A stretch of DNA of 64,000 nt from the NCBI GenBank assembly GCA_002269645.1, contig NIVC01000149.1, positions 62,001 to 126,000 of the forward strand. Direction: 5' to 3'. Positions 28,668 to 41,600 of the stretch are shown here, in pieces; within the stretch, counting starts at the first letter, position 1; every line of letters starts with the position of its first letter. The notes beneath the pieces are model-generated. The model made no database searches, was not told where the DNA came from, and was given only the letters and a program-made list of their open reading frames with translations. This stretch comes from Macrostomum lignano. Taxonomy: Eukaryota. The translations under genes were made by a program, and so were the position numbers.

Positions 28668-31553
28668 CGATAATCTGGGGGTAGATTCCTTATGGGTAGA
28701 TAATCTGGGGGTAGATTCCTTATGGGTAGATAATCTGGGGGTAGATTCCTTATGGGTAGATAATCTTGGGGGGGGGGCGCTTTCATTAGGCCGAAATTTC
28801 ACTTCGCCGAAAAGCAGCCTCTTTCACTAGGCCGAAACTTCACTTTGCCGAAATGACTAGCATGCTCTTTCATATGGCCGAAACTTCACTAGGCCGAAAC
28901 TTCACTAGGCCGAAACTTCACTAGGCCGAAACTTCACTTTGCCGAAATGACTAGCATGCTCTTTCATATGGCCGAAACTTCACTAGGCCGAAACTTCACT
29001 TTGCCGAAATGACTAGACTAGTTAGAAGACATTAGCGTTTCAGTGCCCGAGCAGTACTATTCCTGATTATCTCCGAATAGGTTGACTAAATAGACTGAAG
29101 TTGCCAGGGAAACGGGGCGGACTATTCTAAGGGGGCCTGACTATCGCGTAATGGGGAAACAGTGACTCAGAACGACTCATAGCGATTCAAAAATACGAAA
29201 TACGAACTATTAAATTTTAATTACTAAACTACTAAATACTGGTATCATGAAACTAAAAATTATTACCGTTACATACTATATTTTTCAGTTTAAATATACT
29301 CCAAAACATCTCCGAAAGTCTTTAATGATCGAAGATCTCTTTGAAAAAATTTACCATCTTTGGAATTTGTCTTCACAAATGAAATGACTTCAGTGAATGT
29401 CTTCGATCATCTTGCTTGCGTATATGCTGACAGTTCACAGAAGCCAAAGAATTAGAGATTAAGAGCCATGCATATTCTATGAATCGGAATCCAGGCAAAT
29501 CTGCATACTTTCAAAGGAGCCTTAAAACAACGAGCACTCTACAACTTAAAAAGTCCATCGGACTGAGACAAAAAATGCAATGGAAATAATAAGCAATCAA
29601 AGTTAACCCTAAAAATGAAGTAATTATGGAACGTCGAAAATATTCCATACAAAAACTGAGTGACCATATCGTGCTCCCACTTTATTAGCAGTAACACTTA
29701 GGTCAAAATAAAGAAACTGGTGCAGAGAAATCGCCACTGCTTGCTTGCGGTTCCATTTTGGAGTCTTAAAGTGCACATCCCCTTTCGACCATTAGTAAGA
29801 AGGATGCTGCTAAAATGATTTTTCGGCCTAATGAAGTTTCGGCCTAGTGAAAGAGGCTGCTAAAATGATTGTTCGGCAAAGTGAAGTTTCGGCCTAGTGA
29901 AAGAGGCTGCTAAAATGATTGTTCGGCCTAGTGAAGTTTCGGCCATATGAAAGAGCATGCTAGTCATTTCGGCAAAGTGAAGTTTCGGCCTAGTGAAGTT
30001 TCGGCCTAATGAAGTTTCGGCCTAGTGAAAGAGGCTGTTAAAATGATTTTTCGGCAAAGTGAAGTTTCGGCCTAATGAAGTTTCGGCCTTGTGAAGGAAG
30101 ATGCTTTCGGCAAAGTGAAATTTCGGCCTAGTGAAACCCCCCCCCATCTGGGGGTAGATTCCTTATGGGTAGATAATCTGGGGGTAGATTCCTTATGGGT
30201 AGATAATCTGGGGGTAGATTCCTTATGGGTAGATAATCTGGGGGTAGATTCCTTATGGGTAGATAATCTGGGGTTAGATTCCTTATGGGTAGATAATCTG
30301 GGGGTAGATTCCTTATGAGTAGATAATCTGGGGGTAGATTACTTATGGGTAGATAATCTGGGGGTAGATTCCTTATGGGTAGATAATCTGGGGGTAGATT
30401 CCTTATGGGTAGATAATCTGGGGGTAGATTCCTTATGAGTAGATAATCTGGGGGTAGATTACTTATGGGTAGATAATCTGGGGGTAGATTCCTTATGGGT
30501 AGATAATCTGGGGGTAGATTCCTTATGGGTAGATAATCTGGGGGTAGATTCCTTATGTGTAGATAATCTAGGGGTAGATTCCTTATGGGTAGATAATCTG
30601 GGGGTAGATTCCTTATGGGTAGATAATCTGGGGGTAGATTTCTTATGGGTAGATAATCTGGGGGTAGATAATCTGGGGGTAGATTCCTTATGGGTAGATA
30701 ATCTGGGGGTAGATTCCTTATGGGTAGATAATCTGGGGGTAGATTCCTTATGTGTAGATAATCTAGGGGTAGATTCCTTATGGGTAGATAATCTGGGGGT
30801 AGATTCCTTATGGGTAGATAATCTGGGGGTAGATTTCTTATGGGTAGATAATCTGGGGGTAGATAATCTGGGGGTAGATTCCTTATGGGTAGATAATCTG
30901 GGGGTAGATTCCTTATGGGTAGATAATCTGGGGGTAGATTCCTTATGTGTAGATAATCTAGGGGTAGATTCCTTATGGGTAGATAATCTGGGGGTAGATT
31001 CCTTATGGGTAGATAATCTGGGGGTAGATTTCTTATGGGTAGATAATCTGGGGGTAGATAATCTGGGGGTAGATTCCTTATGGGTAGATAATCTGGGGGT
31101 AGATTCCTTATGGGTAGATAATCTGGAGGTAGATAAGCTGAAGGTAGATAATCAGGAGGTAGATAATGTGGAGGAAGATAAGGTGGAGGTAGATGAGGTG
31201 GGGTAGATAAGGTGGGGGTAGATAAGGTGGAGGTAGATAAGGTGGAGGTAGATAAGGTGGAGGTAGATATGGTGGGGTAGATAAGGTGGGGGTAGATAAG
31301 GTGGAGGTAGATAATGTGGAGGTAGATAATCTGGAGGTAGATAAGGTGGAGGTAGATAAGGTGGGGGTAGATAATCTGGAGGTAGATAATCAGGAGGTAG
31401 ATAATCAGGAGGTAGATAAGGTGGGGGTAGATAAGGTGGAGGAAGATATGGTGGAGGTAGATAAGGTGGAGGTAGATAATCTGGAGGTAGATAATCTGGA
31501 GGTAGATAAGGTGGAGTTAGATAAGGTGGAGGAAGATAATCTGGAGGTAGATC
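28668..31553 (+). repeat. 30-bp minisatellite (GATAATCTGGGGGTAGATTCCTTATGGGTA) grading into a 15-bp unit, interrupted by a foldback element
   Basis: 30-mers at 28668-28766 and 30147-31130; 15-mers GGTAGATAAGGTGGA to 31553. Confidence 0.95.
28767..30146. mobile_element. Non-autonomous foldback/TIR element, about 1380 bp
   Basis: Arms built of GGCCGAAACTTCACTA repeats (28780-29015) and their reverse complement (29810-30136), with T(G)n...(C)nA termini. The host unit GATAATCTGGGGG is split with a TCT duplication. Confidence 0.8.
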
Positions 31554-32964
31554 ACTGAAAGTCTAACAACGCTTTTCCAAGAGCTGCTCCGCATTCGGCC
31601 CGGCAGAATTGGTTTAGCAAGAATAAATCTGCTTAACCCTAATTAGCATAAAGCTACTGGATTACTAAAATTAGGCTTTTAATCCCCATCCCCGTGTCGA
31701 AAATCAAGTCCGTATAGTAGGGGATATTCTATTGCAACGTTGCCGATCGTGTCTTCCCTTCTGTCACCCAACCCTGGGGATAAGCTCAGTCTTATCAGCT
31801 ATAGCCAGTGCAAACAGGCTGCCCTTATGCTGCGGCCGTGGGGGCGCAATCGCATTTGAGACGGAAGGCCGAAATGGCGCTGAGGTGCCTCGCTGCTCTT
31901 TAAAGTCCCCCCCCCGAGCCTCTCGGGCCGCTGACTGCCGCAGCCACACCGCCTACGATAAAAAACCGAGAAAGACACAGAGAGAGAGAGAGAGAGAGGC
32001 TGAAGCCGCGCGATCATAAATCTTTGCTCGAATCCTCTCTCCTATAGGGACGAATTTTTTCAGCGCCCATCCTCTCAAGCGCCGCTTCGGGAGGCACTCA
32101 GGCGCCCCCGCCCCCTGTTTGACTTTGCCTCTGCCTGAACAGCAGCAGCTGCCTGCGTGCGCTAAGGTTTTGCTGAGGCGAGCGGCTGTCTTCGCGTTAA
32201 AAGAGAGAGAGAGGAAGGCAGGGGTAGCTTAGTGTCAGGGGACAGCTGAGTTGCTGTGCGGTTGCCACGGCGTTGGGAGGGGGCACAGAGGCTACGGGAG
32301 GTGCTGGGGGGATCACGGACCCAACCACAGGCAACCTCTGGCCTCCCCGCAGGCCGCAGTCAGGTACGCAGACGGGGGCCGAATCCCATGCAGCGGCGGC
32401 CGCGCCTCGATCAAAGAGGGACAGCGGGCGATATCAGAAAACGGGGCCTGCTGCGGGCGGCCCGGCCGGGTCTCTTAAAATTTACAGTCGCCTCGTGCCA
32501 GATTTACGAGCTCAGCCTCCCCCATCCTCTCCATAGCGCCTCTGTCTCCCGTGTCTCCGCTGCTCGCGGCCCCTCCAGTCCTCGCGTGATTTACAATGAG
32601 CGGCCGCCCTCCCCTGTCACTGGGATTTCTTCCCGCAGCTCGCATTGGGTGGGTGAGGACCTCGGGGGGAGGATATTTTTCCTCTACTTCCAGGCCGAGC
32701 TTCTTTGCAAGCTCCACTTGACAGATGAAGCGGTGCTAAAAAATGGGAGAGAAGAACGCAGGGCTCTCTCTCTCTCTCTCTCTCTCGTTTCTGCAACCGC
32801 CCGCCTGTTGCCCGAACTCTGCAGGCTTTGCTTAAATAGCTGCCTGAAAATGTTTAATTAAGGCAGTAAATCTTTAGGTTTTAAGAGCTGCATTTCTGCA
32901 TGTCAAAACACATTTTCGTAGACTCGATGGGATCCTCAATTTGGTTTCTCTACGTGCCAATACT

Positions 32965-33887
32965 CGGTCAAGACCCAAAGGGGGCGGATCCCCGGAGGTC
33001 AAGACCCAAAAGGGGCGAATCCAGGGGGTAAATACCCAAAGGGGGCGAATCCCGGGGGTCAAGACCCAAAGGGAGCGGATCCCCGGAGGTCAAGACCCAA
33101 AGGGGGCGGATCCCCGGAGGTCAAGACCCAAAAGGGGGCGGATCCCCGGAGGTCAAGACCCAAAAGGGGGCGGATCCCCGGAGGTCAAGACCCAAAGGGG
33201 GCGGATCCCCTGAGGTCAAGACCCAAAAGGGAGCGGATCCCCGGAGGTCAAGACGCAAAAGGGGGATCCTGGGGGGTTAAAAATTAAAAGGAGCGGATCA
33301 TGGGGAGTCAAGACCCAAAGGGGGCTCCCGGTTGGTCAAGACCCAAAGGGGGGGCGGATCCCAGGTGTCAAGACCCAAAGGGGGGGGGGCGGATCCCAGG
33401 TGTCAAGACCCAAAGGGGGCGGATCCCAGGTGTCAAGACCCAAATGGGGGCGGATCCCAGGTGTCAAGACCCAAAGGGGGCTCCCGGGTGGTCAAGACCC
33501 AAAGGGGGCTCCCGGTTGGTCAAGACCCAAAGGGGGGGGGCGGATCCCAGGTGTCAAGACCCAAAGGGGGGGCGGATCCCAGGTGTCAAGACCCAAAGGG
33601 GGCGGATCCCAGGTGTCAAGACCAAAAGGGGGCGGATCCCAGGTGTCAAGACCCAAATGGGGGCGGATCCCAGGTGTCAAGACCCAAAGGGGGCGAATCC
33701 CAGGTGTCAAGACCCAAAGGGGGCTCCCGGTTGGTCAAGACCCAAATGGGGGCGGATCCCAGGTGTCAAGACCCAAATGGGGGCGGATCCCAGGTGTCAA
33801 GACCCAAAGGAGGGCGGATCCCAGGTGTCAAGACCCAAAGGGGGGCGGATCCCAGGTGTCAAGACCCAAAGGGGGGCGGATCCCCCT
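32965..33887 (+). repeat. ~30-bp minisatellite (GTCAAGACCCAAAGGGGGCGGATCCC...)
   Basis: About 30 units, most with GGGGCGG and a BamHI site. Confidence 0.95.
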
Positions 33888-36800
33888 TTAATTGTTTATA
33901 AAGTGATCTTCTGAATACAATTTAGGAGAAGAGAAGAGATGCTTAATATACGGTAGACGGAAAAACTGAGAGAGGCGAGCAGAGAAAGTTAAGATTGTTC
34001 ATATATTGCAATTGAAACTGAGTATCGGAAACAGCGATTCTGCATCTGCATGTACTCGAATCCGCTTCATCAGTCTTGTTACAATGTTGCCTTAGTTAAA
34101 TTGTTCTATACATTGTTCAGGCTTTTAAACAGGCCGTCAAATGAGTCTATGAAAACATTTATAAGGCACTCGGAGATCCTTCGGTCGAAAAACTGGGATC
34201 ATAAATCAATCAGATCGAGATCGCTGCTGAATTCATATCGAGCCCTAAACCGCTATATTCGGCTCAACTGTTTCCATAGACACCCGCAGACACCCCCTGG
34301 TTTTGTATACAAACTGAGCCCAATGGTGGCCTATGACTGCACTGTCAATGGGGGACTGCACTGTGTGCCGAAGGATAAGGAGGAGGAGGGTGGTCCGAGG
34401 GGGAGGGGGCTCTGCTTGACGTTTGACCCCCCTCCCCTCGATTCGCAGGGCGCAGATCTTAGCAATAAATCAGCTTCAATATCGCTGCAGTTTGTCGCTT
34501 AGTTTTGCAGAAGAAGCAAGCAAAATAGGCCGGCCGGCCAACTTGAAACTCCGCGCCTTGTGTCCCGACCAGCCCCCTCATCGCACTGATAGGCCGGCCC
34601 GATAAAATCCCAGAGCGCCGCGGCGGCCCCTTGTTAGCGGCGCTAAAATCTCTGAAGAGAAAACTTGCCCCCCCCCCACTTTCCCAATTCCCACGAATCC
34701 TGGCCGCCAAGGCTCGCCTGAGTCAATTTATGACCTCCGTTGGTGAGGAAGCAAGCAAACTTCCTCAAGATCCAAGAGCGGTTCCCCCCCCCCTCTCTCT
34801 CTTAAACGCAGTTGCGAGGTTCCTTTATTAACTATATAGAGGTCTGGAAGTCCACAACTGCCTACAAGAACAACAACTGAACAGCTGCTGACTTCGGGCC
34901 TTGGAGGCATCCAGCGGGGGTTGTAAATCGACCAAAGAATCGATGGACATCAGGGGCCACAATGCGACGCCTACATAAAAGCTTGCATACACTGCGCTGG
35001 GGGATTCGTGTTATGGCAGGCGCTTGGGAAAACAAATTGCCAATCGAATGGTTTGATATAGCGATAGGGAGAACCGAGGCCAGGTAGCTGACAGGGTGCG
35101 GGCCCTGTACGCACTCACTCTCAATGCTGCAGACTAATGGTACTGGCTCTTTCCGCACGCAACATTGACTTCTCAACCAGGGCTGGGCGAGTATTGAGTT
35201 CAGTCACTTCCAATTACCGAGTACTCGCCCAGCCCTTTATATTTAATTTACATCGCACAAATGCAGTACAATGAGCCTCTTTCTTAATCTTCAACTTTAA
35301 GGGGAGAATCACTTTATAAAAGTTGATTTGCAGCCTTTTCTAAGAAAGAAAACTGTGAATATACCGTTTCAATCCCGTTCCGATCGACATCAAGGGGGAG
35401 AGAGGAGAGGGGAGAAGGGATAGAGAGAGCGGGAGAGAGAGAAGAGAGCTGAGAAGAGACACCAACCTCTTCTGGGCCGGGTCGGATAGAGACTAGAGAG
35501 GCATCGCGGGCCGGAGTTTGCCGACTCCTATTCAATACTTTACCATTTACCTTTTCTACCCACTCTAATCTACTCCTCTACTCTACATCTCTTCCGAAGC
35601 TCCGAGCCCAATCAGCATTCAACATTCACGAACGATGCTGGGTTTTGCTCTTTTTTCTGCACCCTCTACTCTCTATTCTTCTCTGTTCTCTCCCATCTCT
35701 CTGGCTCAAATACAGGTTCATCGCACTAATGGCTAGCCCGGAAGAGAGCCACTATTTCACTTTTTATGACTATCATGGGATTTGAGAGCTGCGGTGGGGA
35801 TGCGGATCCTTCCAGTACCTGTGCGGTGGGACCCCTCTCTCTCTCTCTCTTCTCACCGGCTCCATCAGCTTGATAATCACTGGATTACCGGAATCCCGTG
35901 ATGGCCCAAGCCCAGGGGAACCCTTAACTAAGCCATCAGCGGCGCCGCAGAAACACACACAAATGCAGAGTCAGGTGTCGCAGGGCAGGTACCGTGCAGA
36001 ATGCTAAAAGCCCGGCTGCAGGGACATCAGGGAGCTTATATTGCCGTGAGGAAGCTGGCTGTGCCTTCTTTATTGCCCTCTCTCCCTGCATCTGCCTTAA
36101 ACCTGCCGCGGACCCTGCGCTGCGCTCCTTTTGCTCCGCAACTCTCTCATCTCTCAGGGAGGCGCATAAAAATTGCGTTATATTGCTTGCCGCCAATTGC
36201 CGTCCGCCCATGGATGCTGCAGGCTTGAGACACAAAATATATGCGTTGCAAAAGCAAAGCACCCAAAATCTCCCCAAGAGCTGTGACTGCAGTTTTCTAA
36301 TGCAATATTTAAAGGATCTGGCCGCGCTAATCTCCTGTGGTCCATTAGAGCATTACCTGTATCATTTGTGCCTTTCAGAGGTACACAAGCCCAGGAGAGA
36401 ACATTTGTAATGAGTATGCATAGATTGATTTCAGAACTGGCAGGATCAAAGTTTAGATTTCAGCCAAAGTTGCAGTCAGTCAGTTTCTCATCGGGAACTC
36501 GGTGAGCAATGCCGGCTCGACAACAGGCAGGCTGTACACAGGCCACAGCACGCCATAATTGTGTTTATACCGATGCCGCCTGCTTGGTAACTAACGGCGC
36601 AAAACTGAGAAAATTGACCAAATGAAGAATGAAAAAGTGAAAATTTAGATAGATGCTATATAGAACGGCCTGAAAATCTGACTCACTGCTGTCTCTGCGC
36701 AGCCTGTATCACTTTCTCTCTGCTGTACCTGTGGGATGTCAAAATTCTTTAACTGCCGCTTAAAATCGCGGATGCGAAACAGACTCGTACTATATTTTGC

Positions 36801-38631
36801 ATTAGAAGAAGTTGCAAACTAGAACTATGAACAGTTCTATTGTTGTATGCATGTGCATTGTGCATTGTCTTGAAGGAAAATTAGGAAAAAACATATTTGA
36901 TGCGATATAGAGTTAGAAGTCTGTTGCACAACATTTGCAGGCCACACACGGGAACTGCCAACCACTGCCCAACGGTTGAAGAATATTCCCCATTCGTGTT
37001 GGCTGAAAAGGTGCGATGTGAAGGCATTTATGACGTAATAGGGTCGCCCTCCGCTTGCATATTGATTGAGCTGCCTGCCGCTTGTTGCCGCTGAGGTCCG
37101 GCCGTCCTATAGGTGTTAAGCAAGCACACACAAACACACAGGCTCCGATTGGGGACAATTTAATAAGTGACAAAAATCAGTGTCAAAGTATCTCTCGCTT
37201 GAGTGCCATCCAAGCAGTAAAGTCGTATATAAAAATATACACTATGTACGGATGATAAGACCTTATTGAATTTGGCTATACGCCTTAGTTATAGTTGCTA
37301 GGCCAAATATTATTCATTCGGCAGGGGTCCACGGGAGCGGGAAAAGACAAATTCATAGCCAAACTGCTGCATCGATACAGCCCAAAGGAGCTGTGAAGTC
37401 AAGCGGAGCAAAAATGGAAGCTAAAATATAATAGTAGGGCCTCAGGGCTGTTTTTTGTTTAACTGTTGAGTCCATGGACGCCTGAGGCTAGAAACCTGGA
37501 TTGGAGAGCGAGCGCAGAGTAAAAAACTTATTCAGCTTTAAAATTTATTGAGGTCCCTATCCCTACTGTGAGAAGTCGAATCGGATGTACTTTTCCGCAG
37601 CATTGAAGCCATATTTTATGTATTGAATATAATGCAACCTTTATTTTGGTTGCTTATTCTCTTGTGAAAACTCCCAGCTGTGCCTATTTTGCAGTGTTGT
37701 TACAGTTTTACAGTTTTCCTAAAAAGAGTTGAGCAACCTTGCTCAGCCTTGCTCAAGACTTCGCCAGTTTGGCTTGAAGAAGGCCATCATGTCATGAGTT
37801 GCAAAGATAGTGTTCTCCAAAATACATTAATCACTCAGTCTATTAAAATGTAGCAAAATTGATCTCTGGGCTTCTGGCTTTGTGCGCGCACGGTTACTAA
37901 CTTTGTTTGAGCAGAAGACTTCCTACGTAACGGAAACTGGTGCGGCCTAGCGGGGCGGTGGGATTCGAAGAAATTGTGTTCCATTGTTTGAACTTGTTAC
38001 AATCCCTGTTTGATCAGTAACAAAAAAGCATAGCAGTGATAGCACCTTGCACACCTGTGCGAATAATTTCATATATGTGTATATTTGTTGTTCGCTATTT
38101 TTAACAACACATTAATTATATAGAATCTGAATTAGCATAATCGCTACAGACACATATTGCAAACTGCAAATCAGTGTCTCGGGTCTCGGGAGGGATAGCC
38201 ATTTGCCCCATTAGTCTGGAGAAGGTCCTCCGTCCTGTGAGCTCCGCCGCGCTGGCCCCCTGTCGAATGGCGGCCGCAGCGGGGCGCCACCCCCGGGCCA
38301 GCACTGCGCACGCCAGCCAATGGCGCGCCCGGGTCGGCATTCCTTTCATGTCTGCGCCCCCACCCTGCCGCCGCTGCCCCACCCCCACCTCCCCAGCTTA
38401 AGGGGTTGTGCGCTTTAACAACTTCACCCGCAGGCCACCGCAATTGCCATTTCTCAGCGCCAGCCTTATCTATCTATCTGTGCCCGCCTTGTCTCAGTTT
38501 TCACCGGCCCTTTCAACCTTGCCGCCAGTCTGTTTGCTCACCTGCACTAATTTATAAGATTAGCGAACTTTTCCTTGCTAACTTAAATCCTCGACCGCTA
38601 AGCAAGCCCACAGCGAGTACAGGTGAGAGCG

Positions 38632-41600
38632 ATGACGATGACTGACACCTGGGCTCCGCTTGGCCCGGCTGCCGCCTACCCAGCCTGCAGGTGCGCCTAC
38701 TGCCTGCAGACTCAGCCGGCCCGCCCCACCTGCGGCTGCCCGGACTGCCTGCGCAAGTGGAACTGCGGCAGCCTCGGCGCCGCGGCCGCCGCCATGGTCG
38801 CCAGCTCGTCCTCCGCGCCCAACGCCCACCTGCCGACCTCGGCCACCACGCCGCCTGCAGTGGCTTCCGCAGCGGCGGCGGCGGCGGCAGCGGCGGCAGC
38901 AGGCAGCGGCGGCGGCGGCGGCGGCGGCGGCATGATCCCTCACGACTGGAGCTCCTCTGGCGTCGCTGCCCAGTTCATCCAGCAGCAGCAGCAACACCCC
39001 GCGCAGCAGCCACCTCTGGCGCCTCCGACACATCTCCAGTCTCTGCCGCAGCCTCATCAGCCGCATCACAGCTCCCAGCAGCATCATCAGCAGCAGCAGC
39101 GGTCCCCGCACTTCCTGGTGTCCAGCCAGCCCGCGGTGCAGGCATCCACCGACCCCGCCAGCTCGGACGAGGCGCTCTCGCCGCTGCACCAGGAGGACAT
39201 GGAAGACGCCATGGGCATGAAGGAGGCTTCCAAGCTGCAGCAGGAAATTGTCAAAGCCTGGAAGCAGAAGAAGCGGCCAAACTGCGGTGAGTTGATTGCT
39301 CATAGATTTCCCTCGTAAAAGTATAAGTCTCTGTAGTTAAAAAGGCAGACAAGAATTTTCTAAATCTCGTTTTTACTTCCAAGCTTCTAATTTCATCTCA
39401 ATAGCAGTTCTCACGCATCTAAGGGGGGTCCCGGAGAAAATTAGGGGGGTCATGACCCCCCCCCCCCGGAAAAATCCTAGATCCGCCAAATTTGCCAATA
39501 GCTGCCAATAAAATTCCGTCTAGACGGGCTGGGCTGCATGGCCTGCCATTGTAGTTATTTTGTAATTCGAAACAAAACTTTGAGAGCTTTGGGTTGATAG
39601 CTGCAGCTGGGAGTCTGGAATGGATACAAATGCATTCGCTGCATCATGGCTCCGGCACAACCTTAATATAAGCTGCATGTCTGTATCCGTTTCATCAAGG
39701 TGGCAACAAAAATATTTCAAACAATTTTCAATTGAATTTCACAACTTTGCGGAATGCAGAGTTTTATTTCTCAGTTAAATTGATATTTTTTATTGTAGCA
39801 ATATCAGCCTAAGCATTCTGCGCACCTCACCAAATTAGGCATGTATTAGCTGCTTTTAGCGAAGTTCGCTGAGTTAGAGGATTTTTCCGAAGTGGAGGGG
39901 TCAGATGACCCCCCGCCCCTTGACCCCACCCTAGACTAACAGTTTTCTCGTGGAGGGTCAAATGACCTCCCCTGGGCCCTGACTCCCTCTTGATGCGGCA
40001 CTAGGTTCAGTACTTTTGTGTGATGGAGGAAATGCAATTCATTTTCCCAGTATGATCCTCATCATCCCAGTCACAATTGTCCATACAGACAGTTTATCTC
40101 CGAACCCATTCGTGCCGGATTATAGATGATGAGCATGAGGATGCAGATGCAGATCGAGCAGCGTATTTTTCAAATCGCGTCCCACGAGACCCGTGAGATC
40201 CATAGCGGCATTCAAAGATGCTCAGACTCAGAAATCACTATGGCATAGCAATGCCATCCTTGAGGCCAGCTGCTTTATTGGGTCCCAAATTAGCATAAAA
40301 ATGCTGTAAATTTCCTGAGAAGCCGGCTGGCTGGGCGGAGGGGAGACTCTCAGTGCTCATGGCGACCTCCTCCAGGGCAGCAGCTCAGAGCTCGGTGTGC
40401 TCAAATTATAATTTGTTCTTCCCATACATTAAGGATGCTCAGGTTCCCATTCTCGCTTTCAAATCCATCAACTTCAGAGTTTGGGCGGTCAAACTCCTCG
40501 AATTTGATTGAGTTATCGACTTTGATGGCTGCCGCTAGCTGATGCAACGGGTAACTTGGATCCAGTTCATTGGAGAACTCGAATTTCGAAATAAATTACT
40601 AATGCAATTTGGAACTGCATGCGTTGGAATTACAAAATTTATTCGAGAGCCTACAATCAGAAATCGGGCTTGATTTTTAGAAATCGGGATTCAATTTTTA
40701 GAAATCGGGATTCAATATTTAGAAATCGGGCTTCAATATTTAGAAATCGGGACTCAATATTTAAAAATCGGGATTCAATAATCGGAAATTGGGATTCAAT
40801 ATTTTGAAATCGGATTCAATATCTTGAAATTGGGACCCAATATTTAAAAATCGGGATTCAATATTTAGAAATCGGAATTATTTAGAAATCGGGATTCAAT
40901 TTTTAGAAATCGGAATTATTTAGAAATCGGGATTCAATTTTTAGAAATCGGGATTCAATATTTAGAAATCGGGATTCAATATTTAGAAATCGGGATTCAA
41001 TATTTAGAAATCGGGATTTAATATTTAGAAATCGGGATTCAATATTTAGAAATCGGGATTCAATATTTAGAAATCGGGATTCAATATTTAGAAATCGGGA
41101 TTCAATATTTAGAAATCGGGATTCAATATTTAGAAATCGGGATTCAATATTTAGAAATCGGGACTCAATATTTAGAAATCGGGATTCAATATTTAGAAAT
41201 CGGGATTCAATATTTAGAAATCGGGATTCAATATTTAGAAATCAGGATTCAATATTTAGAAATCGGGATTCAATATTTAGAAATCAGGATTTAGGATTAG
41301 TGCGGTAACTGAGCGGATCGGGGCTTGGCTAAACGGATTAATTGCCAATTGACTGCGAACCGCTGCTGCCGCAGTCTCACGCTTTCTCTCTCCCTCCCTC
41401 TTTGCCTCTCCTCTCCTCTTCAACGCTGCAGAGCTTCAAACTTACCAAGGCGGCTCCCACGCCCTCCCCCGGCGGTTGTGTCTGCAGCTTGATATCGCGG
41501 TCTCCCCTTGATAGTCAGTGATATCCCAATTCTATATTAGTTAGTCCTGTTTTCCCAACAGAAGGCCGGCAGGCCGCTCCGCTCCCCCAATGGCCGTCAT

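Noticed and set aside
28680-31130. CCTTATGG in the 30-bp repeat as a CArG box
   Set aside because: It has only four A/T between CC and GG; a CArG box needs six.
40030-40600. Minus-strand coding-like remnant (…[13 protein letters not shown]…), possibly a decayed transposase
   Set aside because: It has multiple stops and frameshifts and only a vague motif resemblance; a profile search is needed.
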